A DNA stretch of 64,000 bases from Deinococcales bacterium. GTDB lineage: Bacteria > Deinococcota > Deinococci > Deinococcales > JAAFIG01. Shown here in pieces: positions 28,241 to 38,631 of the stretch. A program made the translations under genes and the position numbers. Position 1 is the first letter of the stretch. The number at the start of each line of letters is the position of its first letter. Below the pieces are notes generated by a model. It was not told where the DNA came from and did not search any database. It saw only the letters and a list, made by a program, of their open reading frames with translations. The stretch covers positions 1 to 64,000 of the forward strand of contig JANNVX010000026.1 in the NCBI GenBank assembly GCA_031414595.1. Reading direction: 5' to 3'.

Positions 28241-30286
28241 TTATTGGCGCTTAAACCCGAGAACGTTGCCATCGGCTGTGGCAATCAAGATTGTTTGGTC
28301 ATCTGGCGTAACAGCAAGATGAAATAACGCTCCATGTTCCAAGTTTTCAGATTCAAAAAGCAACGCTTTGGTCTCTGCTTGGTACATGCGTAACTTTCCA
28401 TCATCACTACCAGTATAAATAAACATTCCATCTCGGCTGTACATAACAGTTCTGACGGCTCTAGCATGACCCAATATTGACCCTGATTGTGTATTGGTTT
28501 GGGCATTCCAAACATAGACTTTTCCATCCGAATCAGCAGAAATGAAATCTGCACCATTTGGGCGTAAGGCAGCACTTAAAACAGGGGCGGTATGAGCTTC
28601 TAGTTTTGCTAATTCCGAACCTGTTTGCGAATCCCATATCCGAATTGTGGTGTCATCTGAGCCTGTGATCACTCGAGCTTCCCCATTCCAAATTGCAGTA
28701 TTGATGTTGTCAGTGTGTCCAACCAAGGACGTTATTTTGGTTTGATTACTGACATCCCAAATATAACCGTAACCATCCCAACCGACGGTTAGGAGCTTGT
28801 TGCCTATTGGATTGAATGCAAGTGCGCGAACAGTAGATAAATGAGCATACCAAGCAGCCGAAACTTGTTTTGTGGCAGAGTTCCAAAAACGAACACTTCC
28901 GTCTTTACTTCCAACCGCCACCAACGTACCACTTGGTTGAAAAGCTGTTGAATAAAGGCTAGTTCCTTGTCCAAAAGCAGTAGATTTGAGTACACCATCG
29001 GCTGTATCCCAAAAATTGAGTTGTCCGTCCCTTCCTGCACTAGCCACTTGTGTTCCAGATGAATTCACTGCTAAACCATACACATTGGTTTTGTGTGGGA
29101 ACAATACTTTGCTTCCATCTAAGGTTAGCATTAATACTCGCTTACTCGAGTTGTAATCATAAAAACTTAACGAACCTGACTGATAACGCACCAATAATTC
29201 TCGAGTAGGATTATACCTGTACCCAAGCTCATCAAAATCATCTGTGTTAATAATAAGTGTACCTGTTGAAGTGGCAAAATTATAAATTATGTACTGCGTT
29301 GTTATTCCTAATTGAGTAAAATATGGATATGAGTAGGAGATTCTATTATTTACGGTATCAAATATTATACCAGATGCTCTAAAATTATAAGAATAACGAT
29401 AATTATAAATTTCTTGGTTTACCGCAGATGGCATGGCAATGTTCCGAATAGTCCAAACAAACCCTGAAAGATGATGGATTAACAACCTATCACTTTGATC
29501 AGACCATACAAGCTCATGCACCTTTTGTGCATCGCAGTCTCTCTTTACAAGTTCAAAAGTAGATGAATTCAAGATCTTAGTACCAGCATTTGGATCAGTT
29601 GTTTCTACATCACAGAAATCTGTGCCATAACTTGAACGGTCTTCAAGGAATCCATATGCAAATAACAATTCATTTGGACTCCATTTCCCAATTGCCTCAT
29701 CTGTACTTGAAATGGTGCGAACAATGGTTTTTGTGGCAACATCAAAAATTTTTGAGTACCTCAAATCTTGGTCGTATAATTCAGTCCCATCTTCAGCGAA
29801 CGGATGACCTGAGATACTAACAAATATCTGACTTCCATCTGGTTTCAGTGCTAGGTCAGCCAATCTTGTCTCGAGCTGCCAGCTTTGGATTTTGGTTTTT
29901 GATGAGATATTCCAAACCTCTACTTGTGCTTTTTGATCCTCTGTACCTAAAGCAATGATTTCAGAACTGCCGCCCCATACGATTTTCTTAGCGCTTAATG
30001 GAATCCTAATCATAACACTATTGGTTTCAACATCCAGCACAATTGCTGGACTTGATGCAATGGCTAAATAGCGCCCGTTTGGACTCCAAACCATATCTGA
30101 GACTTGTGGTGGATTTTGCTGTGTAAGAGGCGCACCTGTCCACGCCAGTTGTATTTGAGGTATCATGAGTGGTGTCGAAGTGTTTGTGGTCTGCTGTGGA
30201 TTAGGCAATGGGACGGTGTTACAAGCTAAGAGGCTCATTCCTAACACACAAATCAGACAAATAGCCTGTATTGATTTTATATTCAC
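28241..30286 (-). CDS. WD40 beta-propeller lipoprotein
   Basis: Lipobox LLAC; seven clear C-terminal WD repeats (GH..., S.D..., WD/WN) plus a degenerate N-terminal propeller. Confidence 0.9.
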   Translation of the reverse strand: MNIKSIQAICLICVLGMSLLACNTVPLPNPQQTTNTSTPLMIPQIQLAWTGAPLTQQNPPQVSDMVWSPNGRYLAIASSPAIVLDVETNSVMIRIPLSAKKIVWGGSSEIIALGTEDQKAQVEVWNISSKTKIQSWQLETRLADLALKPDGSQIFVSISGHPFAEDGTELYDQDLRYSKIFDVATKTIVRTISSTDEAIGKWSPNELLFAYGFLEDRSSYGTDFCDVETTDPNAGTKILNSSTFELVKRDCDAQKVHELVWSDQSDRLLIHHLSGFVWTIRNIAMPSAVNQEIYNYRYSYNFRASGIIFDTVNNRISYSYPYFTQLGITTQYIIYNFATSTGTLIINTDDFDELGYRYNPTRELLVRYQSGSLSFYDYNSSKRVLMLTLDGSKVLFPHKTNVYGLAVNSSGTQVASAGRDGQLNFWDTADGVLKSTAFGQGTSLYSTAFQPSGTLVAVGSKDGSVRFWNSATKQVSAAWYAHLSTVRALAFNPIGNKLLTVGWDGYGYIWDVSNQTKITSLVGHTDNINTAIWNGEARVITGSDDTTIRIWDSQTGSELAKLEAHTAPVLSAALRPNGADFISADSDGKVYVWNAQTNTQSGSILGHARAVRTVMYSRDGMFIYTGSDDGKLRMYQAETKALLFESENLEHGALFHLAVTPDDQTILIATADGNVLGFKRQ

Positions 30287-30710
30287 TGTCTCTCCCTAAA
30301 TAATCTCTGAGTCATCTTCTAAACCGAAACTCTGTCTACCTAAGTCTGTCTTAATCTTTAACTTGAGACCTTAAATTGTTTCCAGAATCACAGTAACAGC
30401 TTTTTCAAACTTGTCAAGCTGGATTTATTGGCGGCAAATTTTCATTGCAAGGTACTTCAAAAACGAACCTTAAAAACACAAATGCCACGCACTCGAGAAA
30501 ATACGGGTTTCAGCCAGTTTCAAGTCGTAAAACCCATCCTAAAATCTATGTTCAAAAAAGCTCTCGAGATTTGGCTTTTAAGACACCACTCGAGTATCGT
30601 AGAACCACAATGGTAAGGGAACTCGCAAAAGTCCAATTAATTACTGGACATGAAAAAACATTATTTTTTAGGTATATAAAGTAATACTTCTGTGAAGAGT
30701 TGAATTCGCT

Positions 30711-30747
30711 ACTTTGCCGAAATTTCGACCTTCGCTACCTTAGCCCC
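30711..30747 (-). repeat. Right inverted repeat of island
   Basis: Reverse complement is GGGGCTAAGGTAGCGAAGGTCGAAATTTCGGCAAAGT; the inner 23 bp are identical to the left IR. Confidence 0.85.
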
Positions 30748-30813
30748 TAAAGGTCTAGTACATCTTATTTTCGGTATTTTGCCCATCACAGTGCAGTGGC
30801 TCGAGAATTGGGT

Positions 30814-31932
30814 TTAATTGGGGGCTAAACGCAGCAACTGTCCACTATTTTCATCGGTCAGGACATACAAAAAGCCATCCGCACCACTGCGAACATCCCG
30901 AATTCGCATTGGCATTTTGAAAACTTGTTCTTTGGTGATTTCACCATCAGCCCCAACCTCGAGCCGATGAATGGCAGTACCCGCCAATGCCCCAGCAAAC
31001 AAATTACCTTTCCAAGCCGCGAATTTAGAGCCTGTATAAACTGTTAAACCAGATGGGGCAATGCTTGGGGTCCAAATCAGTTTTGGGTCAAGCATTCCCG
31101 GCAGGCTTTTATTTTGCGAAACGGGCGGACCAAAATACTCATTGCTGTGTGAAGCCAAGGGCCAGCCAAAGTTCTTACCCGCTTCGATCAGATTGACTTC
31201 ATCCCCGCCCTTAGCACCATGTTCGGTTGCCCAAATGCGCTTGTTGATTGGGTCGTAGACCATGCCTTGGATATTGCGATGCCCATAACTGTACAGCACC
31301 TCATCGGCGTTTTTATTGCCGACAAACGGATTATCTTTTGGGATGCTACCATCGTCGTTAATTCGGCTGATTTTGCCAAGCCGACTGGTTAAATTCTGGG
31401 CTTGCAAACGAATAAAACCGTTTTCCAAACTGGCTGGCGGGTTGCCACCATCACCAGTGGCAATTAAGAGTGTGTTATCTGGCAAAAATACCAGTCTCGA
31501 GCCAAAATGCTGCCCACCAGCTTTATTTTGCGTCACTTCAAAAACCACTTTTACATCGCTCAGACTCGAGCCATCAAACACACCGCGTGCCACTCGAGTT
31601 CGGTTGGCATTACTTGTGCCATGCGAGTAGGAGAAGTAAATCAAACGATTCTGGGCAAATTTTGGATGGACTGCCACATCCATTAAGCCACCCTGCCCAA
31701 CGGCTAAAACACTGGGTAAGCCACGAATTGGATTTGGCTCGAGTTTATCGTTTTTGACCAAGCGCAAACGCCCGGGGCGCTCGGTAATCAGCATTTCATT
31801 ATTGGGTAGCCACGCCATGCCCCACGGATTCTCGAGTCCACGCAAGACCGTAGTGGTCTTAAATGGCATGGCTTGTTGTGCCAGAACCAAGCCCGTTAAT
31901 GCAATGCCACAAACCGATAAAAACTTTTTCAT
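30814..31932 (-). CDS. PQQ-dependent sugar (aldose) dehydrogenase
   Basis: GLENPWGMA.LP, ITERPGRL, GQGGL.DV, HFGSRL.F, SYGHRNIQG, EHG.KGGDE.N. Confidence 0.92.
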   Translation of the reverse strand: MKKFLSVCGIALTGLVLAQQAMPFKTTTVLRGLENPWGMAWLPNNEMLITERPGRLRLVKNDKLEPNPIRGLPSVLAVGQGGLMDVAVHPKFAQNRLIYFSYSHGTSNANRTRVARGVFDGSSLSDVKVVFEVTQNKAGGQHFGSRLVFLPDNTLLIATGDGGNPPASLENGFIRLQAQNLTSRLGKISRINDDGSIPKDNPFVGNKNADEVLYSYGHRNIQGMVYDPINKRIWATEHGAKGGDEVNLIEAGKNFGWPLASHSNEYFGPPVSQNKSLPGMLDPKLIWTPSIAPSGLTVYTGSKFAAWKGNLFAGALAGTAIHRLEVGADGEITKEQVFKMPMRIRDVRSGADGFLYVLTDENSGQLLRLAPN

Positions 31933-32018
31933 AACTTATGATAGTCGGAAAACCTGTGTAAGTCATAGCTGTTGCTTACAAACATAACCCGAGTAAAAAA
32001 CCCTTATAAAATGCTCGA

Positions 32019-32453
32019 GTGAACCAACCTTTTGTCTTAAACATCAGCGTCTATATCCTTGTCCGTCAAGGCTCGAGTATTCTGCTGCTGCACCGCAAAA
32101 ACACTGGCTGGCAAGACAACCAATGGAGTCTTCCTGCCGGACGACATGATGGCGGACAGCCTCTGCCCGAAGCGGCGGCAAGGGAACTGCTCGAGGAAAC
32201 TGGTTTAATTGTGCAACCCGAAAACCTCGAGATGGTACATCTTCAACACCATAAAAGCGGACGGGACAGCAAAGAGTGGCTTGGGATATTTTTTAGTGCC
32301 TCAGACTGGATAAGCACACCAACCCTACTCGAGCCAGACAAGCACGATGATTTAGCGTGGTTTGAAGAATTGCCGGCAACAATGGTGGATTATGTGCGTC
32401 AGGCAGTTGAAAACATTGATTTGGGTATTGGCTTCTCGAGTCTTGGTTGGTGA
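32019..32453 (+). CDS. NUDIX hydrolase
   Basis: LPAG......EAAARELLEETGL Nudix box; EPDK...W. Confidence 0.88.
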   Translation: MNQPFVLNISVYILVRQGSSILLLHRKNTGWQDNQWSLPAGRHDGGQPLPEAAARELLEETGLIVQPENLEMVHLQHHKSGRDSKEWLGIFFSASDWISTPTLLEPDKHDDLAWFEELPATMVDYVRQAVENIDLGIGFSSLGW

Positions 32454-32454
32454 C

Positions 32455-33015
32455 TCAAGGTTTGACTCGAGCATCAGTAGAAAGCACCGACATAATCATT
32501 GAATCTATCCATTGCCCATCCCAAAAAAGCGCCTCACGTTCGATACCTTCCACCCTAAAACCACATTTTTCATAGACCCGTTGCGCCCTTGGATTAAAGG
32601 CGTAAACCTCAAGGCGAATACGGTGTAAACCAATCACAGCTAAACCATATTCAATCACGGCTCGAGTCGCTTCTGTCCCATAACCCTGTCCAAGATACTC
32701 GGCTTGTAGCCCAATCCGAAAATTCATGGACTGATTATCTTGGTCTAGTTCGTTCAGAACGACTTCGCCAATAAATGCACCATCGGCTTCTCGAATAATT
32801 GCCCAATCTGCTCGGTCGTCTCGAGAGGCTAAGCCAGCCAAAAATGTTTGCACTGTTTTGAGTGTAAAAATTGTGTGCGTCCCCGTTAATCTGCGGGTCT
32901 CGAGGTTGTTGATACCCGCAAACAGACTTTGGGCGTGTTGCAGACCCAATTGCTCAAGCCGTAAATGCGGTGTCACCAAGACAGCTTGGTGACATAAAAA
33001 TTGGGTTGAAATCAT
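32455..33015 (-). CDS. GNAT (RimJ/RimL-like) acetyltransferase
   Basis: GQGYGTEA, HRI.LEVYAFNPRA.RVYEK.GF. Confidence 0.9.
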   Translation of the reverse strand: MISTQFLCHQAVLVTPHLRLEQLGLQHAQSLFAGINNLETRRLTGTHTIFTLKTVQTFLAGLASRDDRADWAIIREADGAFIGEVVLNELDQDNQSMNFRIGLQAEYLGQGYGTEATRAVIEYGLAVIGLHRIRLEVYAFNPRAQRVYEKCGFRVEGIEREALFWDGQWIDSMIMSVLSTDARVKP

Positions 33016-33048
33016 GATTTTAAGGATAACAGTTCAGGCACAAAAAAC

Positions 33049-33909
33049 CTACTTTAAGTGTAACCAACGCACCATCCGACCAAATTTCTGGCTTTGGTAG
33101 GCAATTTTGACCCATTGCTCGGTTTGTAGACTTAAGACATCAGATTCACCAAAAATCTCGAGAATCAGCACAGTGTCGCCTCTTATGATGTATGAATTGG
33201 TTTTGGCACTTTCTTTGGGCGATGTGTACAAAAACATTTTCTTAGAAATGACCCGTTTAACAAGTCCGCTACTGCTTTCTTCGTCTTGCAGGCTCGAGGA
33301 AACAAGTTTACCTGCTTTGTTGTACTCGAGAAACTGAGTCACTAAGGCTTGGTCGTCGCTAAAACCCAGCAGTAATTTAGGATTACGGGCGCGGAATTTC
33401 CAAGGTTTGCCATTATCAAACTTATAATCTAAGCCGTACCAAGCTGGTCCACTGCGGCTATTGGTAATTAGAATCTTGTTTTTTGTGTCAAAAGCTGGAT
33501 TACCAACCGAGAAATTATCTTGGGGAATCAACACAAGTTTTTTGAGTTTTGGATCATACCGATGCACATCATAGAAAATATTCACGCCGTTATACCCAAT
33601 GCCGCTCGGTATACCCACGTCATTAAAACCATCAAAGTTAAAGTCATCTACCAGCACATCACCTTGGGCGGGTGAGCCAGAATCATCGATTGTCTCGAGG
33701 GCAAATTGTTGGGTGCTGTTCCCGATTTTGACTTCCAATTGTTTTTTACTCCGCACAGCTTTTAAGCTCATCATCCCAGCCTGCCCAGAGATTGGTGCAG
33801 TCACATTAAAGTCTTTGGTCAAAGAAAAACTATTTTTGGCTTCGCGTTGCGCCAACGCCAAGGAAAGAACACCAAAAACTGCCACAGCACCAAATAATCT
33901 CGAGGTCAT
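33049..33909 (-). CDS. Secreted XAC2610-like protein
   Basis: Signal peptide; DFNFDGFND loop; C-terminal SH3-like YIIRGD.V.IL...WV.I.Y. Confidence 0.6.
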   Translation of the reverse strand: MTSRLFGAVAVFGVLSLALAQREAKNSFSLTKDFNVTAPISGQAGMMSLKAVRSKKQLEVKIGNSTQQFALETIDDSGSPAQGDVLVDDFNFDGFNDVGIPSGIGYNGVNIFYDVHRYDPKLKKLVLIPQDNFSVGNPAFDTKNKILITNSRSGPAWYGLDYKFDNGKPWKFRARNPKLLLGFSDDQALVTQFLEYNKAGKLVSSSLQDEESSSGLVKRVISKKMFLYTSPKESAKTNSYIIRGDTVLILEIFGESDVLSLQTEQWVKIAYQSQKFGRMVRWLHLK

Positions 33910-33929
33910 GAAGGCAGTATAAAGCCGAA

Positions 33930-33973
33930 AGACAAAAGGCGAAAGAGGGTAGAAATTCCTTCGCCTTTTGTCT
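33930..33973. terminator. Hairpin downstream of pyk
   Basis: AGACAAAAGGCGAA / TTCGCCTTTTGTCT. Confidence 0.55.
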
Positions 33974-33976
33974 TCT

Positions 33977-35398
33977 TTAGACTTGTTCTACCCGAATTAA
34001 GTTGGTGCTGCCAGTCTGACCAAATGGCACACCCGCCACAATCACAATTTTATCGCCTTTGACAACCAAGTTACTTTTCAGGGCGGCTTCTCGAGCCAGT
34101 TCGACCATGTGGTCGGTATCTTTAATGTCGGCAGCAATGTCGGAAGTGACATTAGAAGACAGCACCAATTGGTTTTTGGCTCGGTCTGTACGGGTCAGGG
34201 CAATGATTGGCACTCGAGGACGATTGCGGGATAAACGCCATAAACTGCTGCCCGAATCGGTAAAACACACCAATGGCGCGTTAATCGTGTCTGCCACTTC
34301 ACAGGCAGCTAGAGCAATCGCATCTTGGGTGGTGTGTAAGGCTTCTGGATGCCCATCAATGGTTTTTTGGTAAGCACTGGAGCTTTCGGTGGTACGAGCA
34401 ATTTTATCCATCATCGAAACAGCCTCGACGGGGTACTTGCCACTGGCACTTTCTGCCGAAAGCATCACGGCATCTGTTCCGTCTAAAATCGCATTGGCAA
34501 CATCGGAGGCTTCGGCGCGGGTCGGACGCGGACTATCAATCATGCTTTCTAACATCTGGGTGGCGGTTACTACTGGCTTACCTGCGTCACGGCACATTTG
34601 AATAATCATTTTTTGAATCATCGGGACCCTTTCAGGAGCAAGTTCCACCCCAAGGTCGCCGCGAGCCACCATCACACCATCTACAATCTCGAGAATTCGC
34701 GCAAATTCTTCGGGTTCGACCGCACTTGGCTTTTCGATTTTTGCCATCAATTTGGCTTTTGAACCAGCCCGGCGCAGGTGTTCTCTGGCAATCAGCACAT
34801 CTTCACGGGTTCGCACAAAGCTCATGGCGACCCAATCCACACCCATTCCAACCCCAGTTTTAATGTCTTCGATGTCCTTATCGGTCACGGCTGGAGTAGA
34901 AAGATTTGCGTCTGGTACGTTAATACCTTTTTTGTCTTTCAGTGTCCCACCGTAAATCACAATTGTATGAATATCGTTGCCAACAATTTTTTCGATGCGT
35001 AAACGCAAATTGCCATCGTCAAGCAGTAAATCCTGCCCCGCCACAACATCGGACGGCAATTCCTTATAGGTGGTCGAGACCCGTTCCTCATTGCCCATAA
35101 CGTCATCCGAGGTGATGATAAACTTCTGCCCTTCAATCAATTCAATTTGCCCATGCTCAAAGCGTTCAGTGCGAATTTTAGGACCTTGCAAATCCTGTAA
35201 AATCGCAATTGCTACCCCTTTTTCTTTGGCAATACGGCGAATTGTGTCTACTTGAGCCGCCATTTCTGCTGGGTCTTTGAGGTGCGAAAAATTAAGCCGA
35301 GCCACATTCAAGCCTGCATCTATTAACTTGGCAATCATTTCTGGGCTGCTCGAGGCTGGTCCAATTGTTCCAACTATTTTTGTCCGACGTGGTTTCAT
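33977..35398 (-). CDS. pyk: Pyruvate kinase
   Basis: TKIVGTIGPAS, RLNFSH, DLQGPKIR, AKIEK, MVARGDLG, ATQMLESM. Confidence 0.98.
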   Translation of the reverse strand: MKPRRTKIVGTIGPASSSPEMIAKLIDAGLNVARLNFSHLKDPAEMAAQVDTIRRIAKEKGVAIAILQDLQGPKIRTERFEHGQIELIEGQKFIITSDDVMGNEERVSTTYKELPSDVVAGQDLLLDDGNLRLRIEKIVGNDIHTIVIYGGTLKDKKGINVPDANLSTPAVTDKDIEDIKTGVGMGVDWVAMSFVRTREDVLIAREHLRRAGSKAKLMAKIEKPSAVEPEEFARILEIVDGVMVARGDLGVELAPERVPMIQKMIIQMCRDAGKPVVTATQMLESMIDSPRPTRAEASDVANAILDGTDAVMLSAESASGKYPVEAVSMMDKIARTTESSSAYQKTIDGHPEALHTTQDAIALAACEVADTINAPLVCFTDSGSSLWRLSRNRPRVPIIALTRTDRAKNQLVLSSNVTSDIAADIKDTDHMVELAREAALKSNLVVKGDKIVIVAGVPFGQTGSTNLIRVEQV

Positions 35399-35508
35399 TT
35401 TAAGCTCCTAGCGACTAGCTCCTAGCCATTAGCTTTTTATTAAACTCGAGACCAATCCAAAGCCACTTCTCGAGCTAGAAGCTAACAACTAGCAGCTAAT
35501 AACTTCTT

Positions 35509-36813
<1,305 letters not shown>

Positions 36814-36883
36814 TTACCCTCGAGCCAAACACCACACTTTACCCTAAAGGTGTGGTTTGCCTAGCAAACGACTGTTCGGCAAA

Positions 36884-37477
36884 TCAGACCTTGCTTGGTG
36901 GCGGTGAACGCAGCACTTGTAAACCGCGAACTCCCATCACCACAATCACCAAGCCAATCCCGCCCAGACCCGTTAAACCATAGCGAGAACCAGCCACCGC
37001 AAGCATCAGTAGTAAGGTAATAATCGCCGAGAACGGCACAGCCCCAAGTTTGACATACGGCTTTAATTTAAGCACTTTGTGCAAGCCCATAAACCCCAAG
37101 CCACTGAGCATGGTTACGCCCCCAAGCATCGGGTCAATGCCGTACATCGCCCCAGTGGCAGGAGCAACCCCTTGCCCACCGACCCAACCGTGCCAAATCG
37201 GATAACAATGCCCAAGCACCACCACAGCCGGCGCAAGCCAAAGCCAGTCAGTTGCTAAAAAATAGACTGGAAGCACTGCCAATAAACCCTTAAGCACATC
37301 CCCCACAGCAATACTAAGCCCCACAACCCAGCCGTAACGCCGCACCATGCCGCTTGCCCCAGCAAAATCGTTGGTGCGAATATCCTCACCCCTTGCCCTC
37401 GAGTACAAGACCGAAAGACTGACCGAAGCAATCAGATAGCAAGCAACCAGCGCCGCAACTCGAGTCAGAATATCCAT
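36884..37477 (-). CDS. plsY: Glycerol-3-phosphate acyltransferase PlsY-like
   Basis: DIR...GA, D.LKG, GH.YPI...GG.GVA motifs. Confidence 0.75.
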   Translation of the reverse strand: MDILTRVAALVACYLIASVSLSVLYSRARGEDIRTNDFAGASGMVRRYGWVVGLSIAVGDVLKGLLAVLPVYFLATDWLWLAPAVVVLGHCYPIWHGWVGGQGVAPATGAMYGIDPMLGGVTMLSGLGFMGLHKVLKLKPYVKLGAVPFSAIITLLLMLAVAGSRYGLTGLGGIGLVIVVMGVRGLQVLRSPPPSKV

Positions 37478-37525
37478 CAGTACAGGTTAATGCAAAAAAG
37501 CGAGGTCAACAACCCTCGAATCCGG

Positions 37526-38350
37526 CTACCCCTGCTTTTTCAAGTGATTCTTCAACCTAAATTCACGGTACAACTGCAAAGCGACAATTAAAAATATATA
37601 AAAAACGCAACAATACAAAAAATAAATAGGAACGCCAAAAATAAGAAAAGTAGAGAGTAAAAACATTTGTCCAGCCAATCCCATATTGCTTAGAACCAGG
37701 ATTGATATTTCTTCATGGTAAATCCTAAGGAAATAATTTTTTGTTTCAGTGTTTTGAGAATAAATCCGATTAAATCTATGGTTTACAAAATTTCGTATGA
37801 TTTTATCTTGAAAACCAAAGAAAAAATCATAAACTTTTTTTAATAAAATAGTGGTTCTTTGATGCACCATATCAGTATCTTCGGCTTGTCTAAACTCTTC
37901 ACCTCTACATTGCTGATACAAAAACTCTAAATTAAAATCAAGCGATAAAATTAGGGTAAAAGCCAAAAAACAAAAAAGTGAAAATACCATTTGTTGGTAG
38001 TGATAGCCAAGCCCAAGAAAAATAGCAAAATTAACCAATAAATCACCTTCACTGTCTAAGTATCTTCCAAAATTACTGACTTGATTTGTAGCTCGAGCCA
38101 GTTGACCATCGGCAGCATCCAAAATGGTTTTTAAGACAATCAGTAAAGCACTTACATGAAAATGTCCCAAAGCAATGAGGTACCCAGCAATTACGCCCAT
38201 AATGGTGTGAATAAAAATAAGGTAATGTGGTTTGAACCGAATTTGAATCAGTGGTTGAATCACAAAAAAAGCAATCGGTCGGATAAAAAATTCGCCAATG
38301 TACTCTATTTTTGGTCTTCGTTTTAATGATTTATTGTACAAGTTTTTCAT
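37526..38350 (-). CDS. CDP-alcohol phosphatidyltransferase (AT-rich, probably acquired)
   Basis: LDAADGQLAR....S.FGRYLD..D signature; markedly AT-rich. Confidence 0.88.
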   Translation of the reverse strand: MKNLYNKSLKRRPKIEYIGEFFIRPIAFFVIQPLIQIRFKPHYLIFIHTIMGVIAGYLIALGHFHVSALLIVLKTILDAADGQLARATNQVSNFGRYLDSEGDLLVNFAIFLGLGYHYQQMVFSLFCFLAFTLILSLDFNLEFLYQQCRGEEFRQAEDTDMVHQRTTILLKKVYDFFFGFQDKIIRNFVNHRFNRIYSQNTETKNYFLRIYHEEISILVLSNMGLAGQMFLLSTFLIFGVPIYFLYCCVFYIFLIVALQLYREFRLKNHLKKQG

Positions 38351-38351
38351 T

Positions 38352-38546
38352 TTATGTCCCTCGAGCAATGAGAAATCCCGCAATCACCCCAAGTATAGTA
38401 TGAAAAATCACCAGATTAGTTGGTACGACCTTAAGCGGCAGCAGTACCAACACCATCAAATGCGCCAATTTACGAAACTCATACTCAGAGACATACTCGA
38501 CTCGAGGACGAGCTTTTAAGGATTTCTCGAAAGTGTTTTTGGACAC
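38352..38546 (-). pseudogene. 5' remnant of a second CDP-alcohol phosphatidyltransferase, truncated at CTCGAG
   Basis: KSLKARPRVEY...IFHTILGVIAGFLIA aligns with KSLKRRPKIEY...IFIHTIMGVIAGYLIA of the downstream gene; it stops two codons after CTCGAG 38360-38365. Confidence 0.8.
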
Positions 38547-38590
38547 CCCTACAGTCTACTCCTGACTAAAGCATGACAATTCAACCAAAG

Positions 38591-38616
38591 AAAAAACGAG
38601 GGCAGACTGCCCTCGT
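38591..38616 (-). terminator. Rho-independent terminator
   Basis: ACGAGGGCAG..CTGCCCTCGT stem followed by a T-run on the minus strand. Confidence 0.7.
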
Positions 38617-38631
38617 CCTCGAGAAGACAAT

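Larger units (their letters stand above)
17571..30747. mobile_element. Putative non-autonomous transposon / cargo island bounded by 37-bp IRs
   Basis: The IRs match at 33/37 positions and start GGG. Flanks are TAAAA (17566-17570) and TAAAG (30748-30752). No transposase lies inside, and all cargo genes are on the minus strand. Confidence 0.6.

Noticed and set aside
30428-30684. Short plus-strand ORFs near the right IR as a possible transposase remnant
   Set aside because: No transposase or resolvase motifs recognised.
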